Shown here: positions 52,245 through 64,000 of the stretch, one piece after another
Numbering within the stretch: position 1 is the stretch's first letter
How the letters are laid out: every line of letters starts with the position of its first letter
NCBI GenBank assembly: GCA_951406725.2
Contig: OX597827.1
Span: 74,028,001-74,092,000, forward strand
Direction of reading: 5' to 3'
Source of the DNA: Octopus vulgaris
Taxonomy: Eukaryota
Length of the DNA stretch: 64,000 nt
Made by a program: the position numbers and the translations under genes
Notes under the pieces: model-generated
Told to the model about the DNA's origin: nothing
The model's database searches: none
The model's input: the letters and a program-made list of their open reading frames with translations, nothing else

Positions 52245-52500
52245 CTATGATATAAATCTATAAAATATTTCATAAAAATATGTTTAAATCTCTGCATCTG
52301 ATTCTTACTTTATCTTTCCGTTTATTTCCTGATGAGAACTATACTGGTTTATAACCAATATATTTTCCAAACTTAGTTTCATTAAATACTTCGTGAATCC
52401 ATATTGAGATATGTCGTTTGCATGCGTTTCTATGTATGTTTTATATATGTATGGGTGTATGTATATGTATTTATGTATCTGCATGTATATATATGTATAA

Positions 52501-52563
<63 letters not shown>

Positions 52564-52649
52564 CGTGTGTGTGTGTGTGTGTGTTTGTGTGTGTCTAAAT
52601 ACATGTATATATACGTAAATACACAAACACCTATGTAACACACTCATAT

Positions 52650-53250
52650 TCTTAAATTCTACGAGGTATTGACTCGTACAAATTTGAATTGTTTCCGCAA
52701 AGGAAATTTTCTCCATTCCTCAGCTAAAACAATCTCCATTTCTTGTAGTGATGATATCGATACGGTGGGGGATATCGACTCTTTATATGTTTTTATACAA
52801 TGCACAATAAATACTCAATAATATTGAGATCTGGGGACTCTGGTGACCCAATGAACTAACTTCACTAGAATGTTTTTCCCGCCATTCAGTAACAACTTTA
52901 GCTGTGTGAATTGGTGCATTATCATCCTGAATGATTCCGTTTCTCTCAGGAAACAGTTGCGCAACCATAGGACGACTTTGATTAGATAAAATGCTTAAAT
53001 AGCCTTCACTATTTATTCTGCCATGAAGGGAAACAATTGGGCTGGGAATTTAAGAGATGCATCCTCATCTCAGATCATCACAGATCCTCCTCCATATTTA
53101 ACAGTTGGAAGAAGGCAGTCTGGGTCAAGTGCTTCTTTTGGCTCTCTTCACACGTATACTCAACCGGTGGTCGGAAATAAGGTAAAGGATGCTCTAGCAC
53201 CAATTCTGTAGGTTTTTACGCCACTCTAAACGCTTTGCAATGTTTGTTTG
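52650..53250 (-). mobile_element. Internal Tc1 fragment
   Basis: [18 protein letters not shown]; boundaries approximate. Confidence 0.75.
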
Positions 53251-53720
53251 TCACCTGAGCGAATAGTACCACAGTTGCAAGATAGGCAGAAAGATGACCG
53301 TTAGATAAACCGTGTAGTAAGGCATGACAGGATCTAATTTCTGCTTTGAGGGGCAGTGGTCTTCAAGCACTTCACATCACCATTAATCTCGTTCGTTTCC
53401 TATCTTCTCCGTAAGGTTCAAAATTTTGAAGTCACTCTACATCACTTCATCCCATATCTTGCTGAGTTTTCTTCCAAATGTTTTATCCAACTTTAGGGGT
53501 TGCCACGTCTTTATACGGCTGTTTTCACTCATCCGTGTCCTATGACATTTCCAGTTCCGCCTTCTCTGCTGTGCATCAATGCTTCTTATGCCCGATTTTG
53601 CTCTCAAGACATTTTTTTGGTCGTACAAGCAAACTAGCTTTGCACATCCAGCAGAGTATGCGAGCTTCCTTTCACTCTACTTTTTATGTGTTTGTATACA
53701 TGATCCAAGTTTCAGAAACA
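53251..53720 (-). mobile_element. Old RTE-like LINE 3' fragment (related pieces at ~48349-48440 and, on +, ~57624-58090)
   Basis: Decayed LRAKSGIRSI..QQRRRNW.CH..RM.ENS...IWDEV; shared 3' sequence tcacctgagcga..agtaccacagttgcaagat. Confidence 0.55.
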
Positions 53721-54760
53721 TGTAGCATTGATAAATAGAAAACGGCTGAGAACCGAGACATGGCGAACATCTACATCCAAACTAAATTCATCATTGTGTT
53801 CCTTAACTCACATCTTACTGAAAAAATATTTGTACATGTCTTGAACGACACTCAACAGCCATTTGTTTACAAGCGGCCGCTACGACCACGACATCAAGGA
53901 ATGGAATCCCTGCCGAAATCTTTCTTTAGAGTGACAAATGCAAAGTAGAGGATTTTACATTTTACTAACTACTTCTTCTGCATTAACTGCATAATAAAGA
54001 GAAGATCAGCAGTACTTCTCGCCCGAATGAAACCAAAAAACATCTTGTTTATATTCATTTTATTCCTAATTAATCGGGCTATGGATCCTTGAATCACGTT
54101 GAAGATCGAATGCACTAAACTAAACACTATATATTTACTTCTCACTAAGACATCTCATTTACCGTCGTAAGAAATCTAGCGGAATCATTAGGATGTCCGG
54201 CAAAAGTCCTTAGCAGAATTTCTTCCGTCTTCACATTCCGAGTTTAAATTGTCGCTGAGGTCGACTTTGACTTTTTCTCGTTGGTAATAGTACTTAGCGG
54301 TTTTTCTGCCCAATTACACGTTCTGAGTTCAAATGCCGCTGGGGTTGACTTTTCCTTTCATTCTTTCGTGGACGATTAAATAACTACCAGATGAACACTG
54401 GGGTCGATGTAATCTACCCACCGCCTTCCGGAAAATCTGTTATTTAGAAGAATTAATTAGCAGTGGCAGGAGATGTGTGGTACACCATTGAGGGGTATCA
54501 TACGGTATGATAGAGACACAGCAAGAGGTACCTTACTGAAGAGGTGTATATATGTCTTCACCAGCTGGAAAGAGAATTTGAAACCAATACTCTTAGCAAA
54601 AGAATGCATGCCACATATTTTTTTTATTTACAGCCTAACATAAGTTTCTCATAACAAAGATTTGGTTGTGTTACATATCCAGCATTTTCGTGATAAACAC
54701 ACACTGATACACACACACACACACACAAACACAAACACAAACACAGACACAGACACACAC

Positions 54761-54866
<106 letters not shown>

Positions 54867-55249
54867 CAGTCATTCGACTGCGGCCATATTGGAGTACTGC
54901 CTTGAGGAAATGTACACAAACGAATCGAGCGCAAACATTTATTTTTGATAAAACCTCATCTATTTTTTTACCGAACTGCTGTTGCGAGAAGGTAAAGCTT
55001 TTAAACCGGTTGCTAAGCACATGGTGGGGATCACACGCGCACACAAACACGCACACACACATACGCACGCGCGCGCGCACACACGTAAATATACATATAT
55101 TTATGATTTGTCCGCCTACTGCATCCAACAACAACTGTGTGGTCGACCGGAGGCTATTATAGGAGGCAGCACACAATGGGACTGGAAGTACAACTATGTT
55201 GTTGGGAAACAAACCTTTTACAACACAGTCACGCTTGCACCGATATATA

Positions 55250-56143
55250 CGAAGTTGGTATCACAAATTCCCGGCCTCGTTATGTTTAAAAAAAAAATCA
55301 CTTGTTTACTTCAGTTTTAACATAATCTTTTTCAAAACAGTCACCTTGCACAGCACTACACCACCAAAAGTGTTTCTCTCACTTTTGGAATTCGACCTAT
55401 AAGTCGTTTTCCGTGACTCGAGGACCTTCTGTGATTCACTCTTGATCTCGACAACGGTGTTAAAACGCCGACCGTTGAGCTGCATTTTGAGACTGGAGAA
55501 GTGAGTAAAGTCCGCATGTGCTAAATCTGGCGAATAAGATGGGTGAGAAAGTGATACCATTTTGATTTTGGCGAGAGCTCACGAGCGAGGAGATCTCGGT
55601 GATGGGTGCCCTTATCATTGTGAAGAATATAATTCTTCACGCTTCATAGATCCGATCACTTTCGCCGAATCTCTTCCCACAAATGTTTCAAAACAGCGCT
55701 GTAGAACTCCCGATTGACAGTCTGTCACTGGAGGAGGAATTCCCAAGACCAAATTTTCCGGGTTTGACACTCGTGGTAGGTCTTCCAAATTAATTATCAT
55801 CTTCCACGCAGGTCTTTCCGCTTTTGAAGCGCCCGTGCCACACCAAACATTGCTTAGGACCCATTTCCTCATCGCTGTAAACTTGCCGAAGTATGGTCAA
55901 TGCCTCTGTAACCGACTTCTCAAGTTTAACGCAAAATTTCATTGTGTCTCCTTGATCCTGACAAAATCGCAGACTACAGCATAAAAAAATTCCATAAAAA
56001 AATACAGATGTGAACACGGCGAATTCATTCGGAACACCGCTTCGTGGAGGTCACTGCTAGCATTCACTGCACACGCAATCATATGTTGCCATCTTTTGGC
56101 ACGCCGCAGAACTAGTCCGGGGAATTTTTTTTATATCACCTCG
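55250..56143 (-). mobile_element. Second, internally deleted mariner element
   Basis: HPSYSPDLAHADF, LKMQLNGRRF, MKFCVKLEKS..E, WHGRFKSGKTCVEDD; imperfect TIRs flanked by TA. Confidence 0.82.
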
Positions 56144-56146
56144 TAT

Positions 56147-56180
<34 letters not shown>

Positions 56181-56324
56181 GCGCGCAGGTATGGTTGTGT
56201 GGTAAGAAACTTGCCGGTTTGAGACCCTCTGCGTGGCATTTGGGCAGGTGTCTTCTGCTATAGCCTCGGGCTGACCAAAGACTTGTGAGTGGATTTCGTA
56301 GATGGAAATTTAAAGAAACACGTC

Positions 56325-56380
<56 letters not shown>

Positions 56381-56407
56381 GTATATATATATATATATGT
56401 ATGTATG

Positions 56408-56472
<65 letters not shown>

Positions 56473-56714
56473 AGTGCGTATGTATTTGTGTATTTGTGTT
56501 TGTCCCACCACCTCCGATTCACAAACGACGTTTGCGTGTTTACGTCCTCGTAAGTTAGCGCATCGACAAAAGGCACCGATAGAATTGAACTTGAGCTACA
56601 ATTGAACTACAAAGAATAAGTCCTGAGGTCGAATTTTTCTACTGAAGGTGGTGCTACAGCATGACTCAGTCAAAGGACTGTAACAAGTAAAAAAACTTTA
56701 TATATATATAAAAG

Positions 56715-57081
56715 ACCCGAAATTTTGGGGAACGGGTCCAGGCGATAAGATCGACCCAGTACGTAACTGGTACTTAATTTCTCGACCCAGAAGAGATGAA
56801 AGGCAAAGTCGATCTCGGCGGAATTTGAATTCAGAGCGCGAAGACAGACAAAATACCTATTTCTTTACTACCCACAAGGGGCTAAACACAGAGGACAAAC
56901 AAGGACAGAGAAACGGATTAAGTCGATTATATCGACCCCAGTGCGTAACTGGTATTTATTTAATCAACCCCGGAAGGATGAAAGGCAAAGTCGACTTCGG
57001 CGGAATTTGAACTCAGAACGTAACGGCAGACGAAATACGGCTACGCATTTCACCCGGCGTGCTGTCGTTTCTGCCAGCTCG
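56715..57081 (-). mobile_element. SINE cluster of a second tRNA-derived family (+ strand copies at ~54200-54420)
   Basis: Repeated gatgaaaggcaaagtcga..tcggcggaatttgaa.tcaga (B-box-like gagttcaaatt on - strand). Confidence 0.6.
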
Positions 57082-59219
57082 ACTTATAAATTTATGTGTG
57101 TGTGTGTGTGTATGTGTGTGTGTGTGTGTGTGTGTATGAAACGTTCATACAGAACATAAGTGCAAGTATGTAATTCTTATGTCTATGCACACTCAAACTC
57201 TGGTCACGATGTTATATCTTGGTTGTCACATGTGACATTATGCTAATACTCTATATCAAAACATTACTTCATTTATCTTATGAATCGTGACAAGCCAAAT
57301 GTGGGAGACATGCCTAACATATAGAAAGTATCGTTTAGTCGTTGGTACTTATGGCGAAATATCAGTAATTTGTGTTTATTATTTCATAATATTTCTTAAA
57401 TGTATAACCATTGGTTGATGGCTCAGGTAAAATTTATTTTTCCATTTTGCAAATACAAATTATCATTATGACTTGTGATTTTTAAAGTTAGTTAAAATGA
57501 TTTCTTTACAATGAAGGAACATTTCTCGCAAGATTAGGTGTTCTATTTATGACGTCATAAACTGCTAGGCTATATGTGTAATAGTCATTATACTTTAAAC
57601 CATGCAGGTTCTAGCTGAAGGATTTAAGCATTGATGGACTTTGTGAAATTTGTGTCAAGAATACAGGTACATTTAAAGTGTAGAATGAAAGGAAGCTTGC
57701 AGGCTCTGCTGGATGTACAAAGTGAGTGTAAATGTACGGAAACAATGTGATGAGAGAAAAAATAATTGGCATAAGAGTCATTAGAAGTGCGCAAGAGAGA
57801 GGACTGAGCTGGTGAAGTCATAGAATACAGATGAGAAAAACAGCTGCACAAAGACGTAGCAACCGCCTTATTTGGATGAAACATTTCTGTGAAATAGTGA
57901 AGCCCGGCCTCAGCATGTTAAACCCTGCGGAGATGAGAGATGAAGGAGATGAATGGTGATGTGTTGCATTTGAGAAGACCCAACCATCTCAGCAAGAATG
58001 AGATTCGGTTAAGCTGAACTCAATAATTCCTCTTCTAACGATCATGTTCGCGTCAATTTTGAAACTGTGATACTACTCACTCAGGTGCTGTAACTAATCT
58101 CATTTATCCTTTATCCTTCATATTGTGTCCCTAATACAGTCCGTCATGATTGACTCCTCCCCTTCTATTTACATCACCTTACCTCACCAAACTGATATTC
58201 ATGTAACCTTACCTCTAATCATCTGTCAAACTCTTTTTACACTCTAGCGAAGTTACCTAAATCCCACTCATCCACCTTTTTCTGTTCATTTATCTGTATT
58301 CTCTCTCAGAACTATTTTGTTCATTGAAGGTATGCCCTCACAATCTCTCTTTCCCTATCTCTATCCACCTTTCTCTCCTCTTTCTCACGCCCTCTCCCTT
58401 TCTCTCTCTCTCTCTTTCAGCTAGTGAAGCCATCTATTCAACCTCTTCAGCAAGATACTTGTTCTCTCTCTCTCTATTATACATTCATATCCCTCAATAA
58501 TGTACACCCACACAATTGAGCGTTCTCTAATGCTGGTGTCACAACAAAAGCGCCTAGTAAACATTGTAAAGCGGTTGACGTTAAGAAGGGCAGCCTACTC
58601 TAGAAATCATGCCAAAGCAGATAGCAGAGCTAGGCGTAGCCCTCTGTCATCCTTGGGACCCATCGAAGTATTCACTGCATGAAAGCATGGGACAAGGACG
58701 TCAGATGATGATGAAGAGCAAAGGATATTGTAGCCTATCTATCATTTCATTTCTATATTGTTTCTGTCTGTCTATCTGTTCTATTTTTTAATTATTATAA
58801 ATCTTCCACTGAGGAGGGAACCGGTTTCCAACAAAGATACTGTTCCACTCAAAAATTGCAGTTACAATGTACGAATTAGTCGGTCGATTTCTCTTTTCAG
58901 AATCCCAGTTTATTCAGATTCTCCTTTAAGCCTTTACTACCAAAACCTTGTGCCCGAATTATCATTGGTATGAATATGAATTCACAATCTGGATAAAGAA
59001 GCTGGAGGTTTCGAAACAGCTGTCCATAGATATCTTCTTTTTCTTTTATTTTGAAAGCGATATCTACATCTGCAGGGCGGCTGACCTCTGTGATGGTACA
59101 TACATTTGCCCCCCTGTCCCAATCGACAATATCCGGCCATTTAAGCCTAATTTGACAGGAGTGTTGATGGGAATATTCAACCAGTATTCCTTGAGTTGCT
59201 GCTTATGAATGGATTCCAT

Positions 59220-61300
59220 ATCAGGGAGATTTTCTAAGATTATTTCATGACATGTCTTATTTTGCGGATGGCATTGTAAATAGTTTTAGTAACAACGTAG
59301 AGCCGCATTGGGAGGTAGTAACGTGACGACATTTTAGGACAGCAGCTAATCACAGAAACATGACGTAACCTACATGTGCGGCCGCACCTTGGGGTTAAAA
59401 GAGCGTCACTGTCTCTATTGTTCACCAGGTACGTTGTGCCAATCTCCTTTTCCTGGATTGCAAACGATAGCCTTCAAAGTGTGATGTGATGTACTAGTCT
59501 TGTGTTCAAGAAAGGCTGCACTTGATGTCAGTTCTACTGATTTCAAGTTTCCGGGCAGCATATCCATGCATAGACTTCTTTTTTTGTATGCTGAGTGCTT
59601 TCCATCCAGGCCTTCTTTTAGGTGAGAGAGCCCATCATCTTTTGAGCTGTATAGGAGATCATCGGGGAAAGTGTGTTTCTTGAGGAGTTCACTGCCAACT
59701 CGTACAATGATCCTCACTTAACTTTTCAGCACTGCATTTACACATTTACTGCTGTTGTTCAACAGGTGCTGCCTGAGTGTGATACCAAACGGCATTCATT
59801 CGAAGTCCGTCTGCTCTGATCTCAGGCCTCTACTACCTTCATTTCTTCTTAGGTAGAGCGTGTAAACATCACTGTTTCTGTGGAGCTACCCACTTGTTGT
59901 CAGGATTTTGCGGGTTTTGATATCTATGGAGCGGATTTCCTCTACAGACCAATCAAGTATCCCAAATGTTGGGATCAGCTCTGCATTGTGGGATATTGTT
60001 TTGTTATATGAGGAGAGTGTAATATTCTCGGGCCACTCTATCTTTATTCACAGTAACTTCATATGATACTTTTTCGTCTAAACTTAGGTACTTCTAACAT
60101 TTTTTGTGCGGAATTGGGGAGACAGAGGACCGTTGATGCACAGGTTTTGGGTTTGGGGACTGACTTTCCTCGTTTTAAAACCAAATATGAACATTTCTTT
60201 CGGCCAAATTCCATGTCTATAACAGCTGAAAATGTTATTAATTCCATTTGTTTTTTGGTATTGTTAACACTTTTAGCATAAATTTTGAGCTTGTCTACAA
60301 AGTAATTATGAGTTACATTGATATCTCTGGCAGTCGAAGGTCCTGGCATGTAACCATTTGTTTTCTGCAGTAGGAACAATAATGGATTCAGTGCCATATT
60401 GAAAGTGAATACAGAAAAACCATCTCCCTGAAATATTCCTTTTAAGATGCCTGCACTATCTGGAACAATTATTCTGTTCTCAGTTGGAAGGAAGGATGAG
60501 AACTGTTGTCAATGTCTTTGTGAGTCTCTCTATAGCAAAAATTAGAGTGGTAAGTACTTTTGCTTGGTGCAAGCACTTCAACAGTCATGAATGAGGGATA
60601 GAGCCGATTGCCTTCTTACAGTCAAGCTATACTGTCACAAGGCTTTCTACGCTTTTTTCGTACTTCAGACAGTACAGCTTTCTTTGTTAAAAGTTGTTCG
60701 CCACATCCCTACATCCCGTCTTTTCCGCCAGCCTGTTCATCAGTCACAATGTTGTTCGACTCAAGTTTTGTTCTTCAAGTTTTGTTTTCCATCTAGGTCG
60801 TTTCAGTTTAGTAATTTCGTTATTTTTTACTGTAGATTTCTCCTAGGTGTTCTTGAAGAGTAAAAGCGGCTGTGTATATATAAGATTATTTATATTCCAG
60901 TAATTAACTTCACGTGATTCCATGTTATCTACAGGGACATCGTTGATAACTTTAAACATTAGATCGGTCGGAGTTTTTCTGACTGTCGATCGGAATAGTC
61001 TGCTGCTCAACGAAAACTTCGAGAAAGTAGCAAAATGTTTTGCGAATTGTAACTTTAAAATGTTCTTGAGTTGGTCGTATTCCGCAGTCTTCGCTCTTGT
61101 GTCTGCCAGGGTTGGAGATACACTCGAATTTAGCGATGGCGGAAGCGATGGTTTGTTTACATTATTTTTAACGCCACTTCTGGCAGATTTTGTCCCATTC
61201 TCAGTGATTTGGGAGGATCAAGGTTCAGATGATTTTTTTTTTTACAAAAGATGCTTGTTGTCGGAGTTATTTCGCTGTGAAGGCATTTAAGTTGGGATGA
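59220..61300 (-). mobile_element. Decayed R4/Dong-like non-LTR retrotransposon (RT and zinc-knuckle remnants)
   Basis: KGIFQGDGFSVFTFNMALNPL, YFVDKLKIYAK (YMDD-like), HRNSDVYTLYLRRNEGSRGL, CRL..HV..ISCC; many stops; boundaries approximate. Confidence 0.7.
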
Positions 61301-61715
61301 GCTTCGTCCCAGTTTTGTTTTAATCGCTTCATGTATCCGATTGAAGAGTCATGTCCAGCTTTTTCATAGCAGCGAAGTAAACCTTAGTTTAGTTGCTGGG
61401 TACAAGTAAAATGAAAAGAGTCCTTACGTCTTCTTAAATTACTCACTGGTGAAATAATTGTATTTTCATTGGTGGTGTTAGTTTCATCTATAATTGTGTT
61501 ACCGAGATTCTACTTGGTGAAAATTTATATATTAAAATATGTGCAGCATGACGCTACGTTGGTGAGTAAAAGATGTTTATCTTATTAATTATTGGAGAAA
61601 TAGTCCAGTAAGCGATTTAATTCGGAGAAGTCGGCATATTTCTAAAAGAAGGCGTTCAAAACAGACATTATAAATGGTCTTCTACACCTGCACGTCCGGT
61701 GCTGACAGCGCCATT

Positions 61716-62420
61716 ATGTATGTTTGTATGTATGTATGCGCGTGTGTGTATGTATGTGTGTATGTGTGTATGTATGCGTGTATGTATGTATGTACATATG
61801 CATGTGTGTATCTATGTATGTATGTATGTATGTATGTATGTATGTATGTATGTATGTATGTATGCATGTATGCATGTGTGTATGTATGTATGTATGCATG
61901 TATGCATGTGTGTATGTATGTATGTATTTATGTATGTATGCCTCTTCTATTTTTTAATTATTATAAGTCTTCCACTGAGGAGAGAAACGGTTTCCAACAG
62001 AGATACAAGGCTCCATCTTTGGGATGTAGACAACACATACAAATTCACATTTGTATTTATGTCAATGTTCAGTATTATAACCTAGATTCAAGACTCCTTC
62101 ATTGTAATTTCAACATCAACAGCAGGGTAGTTTTGTACGTATGTATGTATGTATGTATGTATGTATGTATGTATGTATGTATGTATGTATGTATGTATGT
62201 ATGTATGTATGTATGTATGTATGCGTGCATGTATGTATGTATGTATGAATGTATGTATGTGTGTATATATGTATGTATATATGAACGTCCTTTCGTAGCT
62301 ACGTACGTATATTTCTATGTATGAATATATGTATATGAATATTTATATGTGCGTGAGTGTTTGTTTGCCTGTTTGTGTGTGTGCGTGTGTGTATGTGAGT
62401 GTGTGTTTGTGCAGATATGT
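61716..62420. repeat. (TATG)n/(TG)n microsatellite tracts, representative of dozens across the window
   Basis: Directly visible. Confidence 0.95.
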
Positions 62421-63088
62421 ACATGCATGAATTCATATATAAACACACAAGCATTCATATACAATCAGTGATGTTATGATATATCATAAAAACACAGTTT
62501 GTTATAGAAATATACTATATGCTGATGGACTTCGATAGTAGACTATTTGTTTTATGATGGTCTACTTAACACATATTGTATCACTTTCTCATAGAAAGAT
62601 TTCTGTATTTAAATTATTATAGATGAGATGTTCCATATTAATGAGACCAGTTTATAAAGTGAATAAAGGTGATTTTACTTATTCCGATTTCTCTTTCTTC
62701 ACGAACATTCATAAAAAATTGAAGGAAAGGGATCTTTTCACTTTGACCGGCAGATTTTTAAAATAATTTCTTTGTAACTAAACACTTAAAACTTCGTATA
62801 CTGGTAGTGTGTTACAGAAAACATCTTTTTCTCTTGGTTTCTTGAGAAAATTCGGTAGTTTGTAAGCTATTTGATCTTTAATTTCTTGCATTTCGGCAAT
62901 TTCAACCAATCAATGACGTATATTGAGGTGAATCCAATTTCTGCCGTATTTTGTCACAAACATTTTCTGGGGGTGTCATATGTTGAGGAAGACAAATTGT
63001 GCTGCAGTGTATTTATACGTTGTATCCCTCAATTGGGAAGGGGCCATTTATTTATACCTGCTAGCATATATATATATATATATATTCA

Positions 63089-63163
<75 letters not shown>

Positions 63164-63186
63164 ATGTATATATATATATACATATG

Positions 63187-63233
<47 letters not shown>

Positions 63234-63707
63234 ATATATATATATGTATATATTTATATATACATATATGCAAGCAGGTATAAATAAATAGGTATATATT
63301 ATAAATATATATGTATATATATATATACATAAGTATGAATGTATATATGTATGTAAATGTATAACTACACGTTTGTGTTGTGTTGTGTGTATATACAAGC
63401 GCACACGCATAAACTGTATAAGTACATAACTTCATACCTAAATTCACAAAATAGAGACGTGTGCAGGGGAAGTATGTGTGTGCTCCTGAAAGGGAAGGAT
63501 TATTACGTACCTTATTTTAGTTTTGAGACAATGTTAAATAAACCTGGGCCTGTTGAGGAAAAGTAATTGTGTTGCAGTGTATCTATATGTTGTATCCCTG
63601 AATTGGGAAGGGGACGTATATATACATAACAATTATATATATATACACACACACATGCATACATACATACATACATACATACATACATACATACATACAT
63701 ACATACA

Positions 63708-63741
<34 letters not shown>

Positions 63742-64000
63742 CATACAAACATACATACATACATACATACATACATACATACAGCAGAAAGTTTTCATAT
63801 TTTACACTTTTGTGAACAAAGTTTGGAAGAGTTAAATGTGTTTCTCATTTCACAGACAAGATGTAAAAATTCGACTGAATACAACAGAGAATTTGGGAAG
63901 TTTCCCATTATAAGACGAAAGCACTATCTTTAGGTTTCCTCAATCTCAATTTACAGGTAATTATTTCACCTGCATACATTCTCTTACTAATATACATATT

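Noticed and set aside
58800-58845. CTGAGGA followed by a hairpin (also near 61975) as a possible hammerhead
   Set aside because: No GAAA, stem III or stem I partner follows; more likely a repeat terminus
60922-61290. 122-aa + strand ORF
   Set aside because: It lies antisense to the decayed R4/Dong-like LINE and has no motif support

Overview
AT-rich animal genomic DNA dense in microsatellites ((TA)n, (CA)n, (TACA)n). The SINE/LINE types and microsatellite load suggest an octopus or other cephalopod; this is an inference. The only host-gene signal is a + strand array of 11 duplicated cassettes at about 625-52244. Each has a 129-bp exon A and a 135-bp exon B, both phase 1-1, each encoding one 8-Cys laminin-type/MEGF-like EGF repeat. 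Several copies have independent inactivating lesions, and the gene's start is not in the window. The introns are nested segmental duplications carrying: the same decayed Tc1 element; a Penelope-like GIY-YIG retroelement with an inverted pseudo-LTR and type I hammerhead ribozymes (2 copies); a 136-bp perfect palindrome with a second hammerhead-like motif on both strands; an ORF1-only zinc-knuckle retroelement with a TSD (2 copies); foldback elements; and a 6.3-kb composite insertion (RTE-type tail, ~160-bp G-rich repeats, ~13.7 x 372-bp repeats). The last 16 kb are mostly decayed mariner, RTE, R4/Dong-like LINE and SINE fragments. Most ORFs in the supplied track are microsatellite artefacts.
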